Shown: positions 63,403 through 64,000 of the stretch, one piece after another
Position numbering within the stretch: the stretch's first letter is position 1
Layout of the letters: the number at the start of each line of letters is the position of its first letter
DNA from: an uncultured Acidobacteriota bacterium
GTDB lineage: Bacteria > Acidobacteriota > UBA6911 > RPQK01 > JAPXNP01
Direction: 5' to 3'
Assembly (NCBI GenBank): GCA_963777605.1
Contig: CAVZRV010000007.1
Location: 960,001-1,024,000 of the forward strand
Length of the DNA stretch: 64,000 bases
Notes under the pieces: generated by a model
What the model saw: only the letters and a program-made list of their open reading frames with translations
The model's database searches: none
What the model was told of the DNA's origin: nothing
Program-made: the position numbers and the translations under genes

Positions 63403-63479
63403 CGTCCTACCCGACTTCTTTTTCAGGAGGCCCTGCCCTGCGGGGTTTGTGGAAGGCATTCGATTAACGGGGGTTCGTG

Positions 63480-64000
63480 ATGACAGGTTCCACACGTTGC
63501 CGTATTTTCGTTTCGGTCGCCCTGCTGGTGGCCGTTGCAGTTGCCCTGGACGTTGATCTCTCTGCTCAGGACCGCTTCCAACAGCTCGATCAACGGATTG
63601 CCCGGGTGGAAGCTCAACTGCAGGACCTTCTGGCGGAAGTCCAGCAACTTCGCAAGGAGCGGGCACAATTGGATCTTGCGGAGAAGCCGCCTCAGCCGAA
63701 GGTCGATCTCGACAGCCGGGGCTTGCAGGTGGAAACTCCCAAACGGGACTTCAGCCTCCAGATCTCCGGCGGATTTCAGGTGGATGCCCGAAACTTCCTG
63801 TCCGGCAGGACTGTTATCGGCGGTGATACTCTTCTGATCAGGCGGGCCCGGCCGAACCTGATCCTGAAGGCCGGCAAGTTCGGATTTCGCCTGACTCCCG
63901 ATTTCGCAGGTGCTTCCGCCTCTCTCTACGATGCCTACCTGAGCTGGACACTTACGCCCTATCTTCAACTGCGGGCAGGAAAAATGAAGTCGCCGCTCGG
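63480..64000 (+). CDS. OprO/OprP-like anion porin, 5' part (runs off window)
   Basis: Manual translation from ATG 63480: signal peptide, coiled coil, FQVDAR, IRRARP, PDFAG, DAYL, RAGKMK.P. Confidence 0.8.
   Translation, partial: MTGSTRCRIFVSVALLVAVAVALDVDLSAQDRFQQLDQRIARVEAQLQDLLAEVQQLRKERAQLDLAEKPPQPKVDLDSRGLQVETPKRDFSLQISGGFQVDARNFLSGRTVIGGDTLLIRRARPNLILKAGKFGFRLTPDFAGASASLYDAYLSWTLTPYLQLRAGKMKSPL

Overview
GC-rich bacterial chromosome segment, probably Acidobacteriota (inferred from an acidobacterial-type VWA protein and overall gene content). It spans the likely replication origin (rpmE-prfA-prmC, rpsA-ihf-hit, DnaA boxes, dnaA-dnaN-gyrB-gyrA, rpsU) and then metabolic and accessory genes: a very large PFOR with a tethered extra ferredoxin, ApbE, a sulfatase, MltD, a Ycf46-like AAA ATPase, a glycoside hydrolase, a pentaheme cytochrome, MaeB, Uup, RsmF, and a cysD-cysNC-sbp-cysTWA-porin sulfate operon. 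The strongest candidate for an undescribed system is at 32.6-38.1 kb. There, a sigma54-type promoter precedes two GcvH-like proteins that lack the lipoyl lysine (one with a Cys4 N-terminus, one membrane-anchored), followed by a c-heme-motif sensor kinase, an NtrC-type activator and a translationally coupled archaemetzincin protease. Other notable items: a RAYT transposase between two directly repeated REP arrays, a roughly 300-nt structured gyrB leader, a CysD retaining an APS-reductase-type CC...CxxC motif, and a CysA-USP fusion. Six genes, including essential prfA, carry apparent single +1 frameshifts, most likely long-read consensus errors. No rRNA, tRNA or true CRISPR array was recognised. 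All calls are by eye from motifs; no database searches were run.
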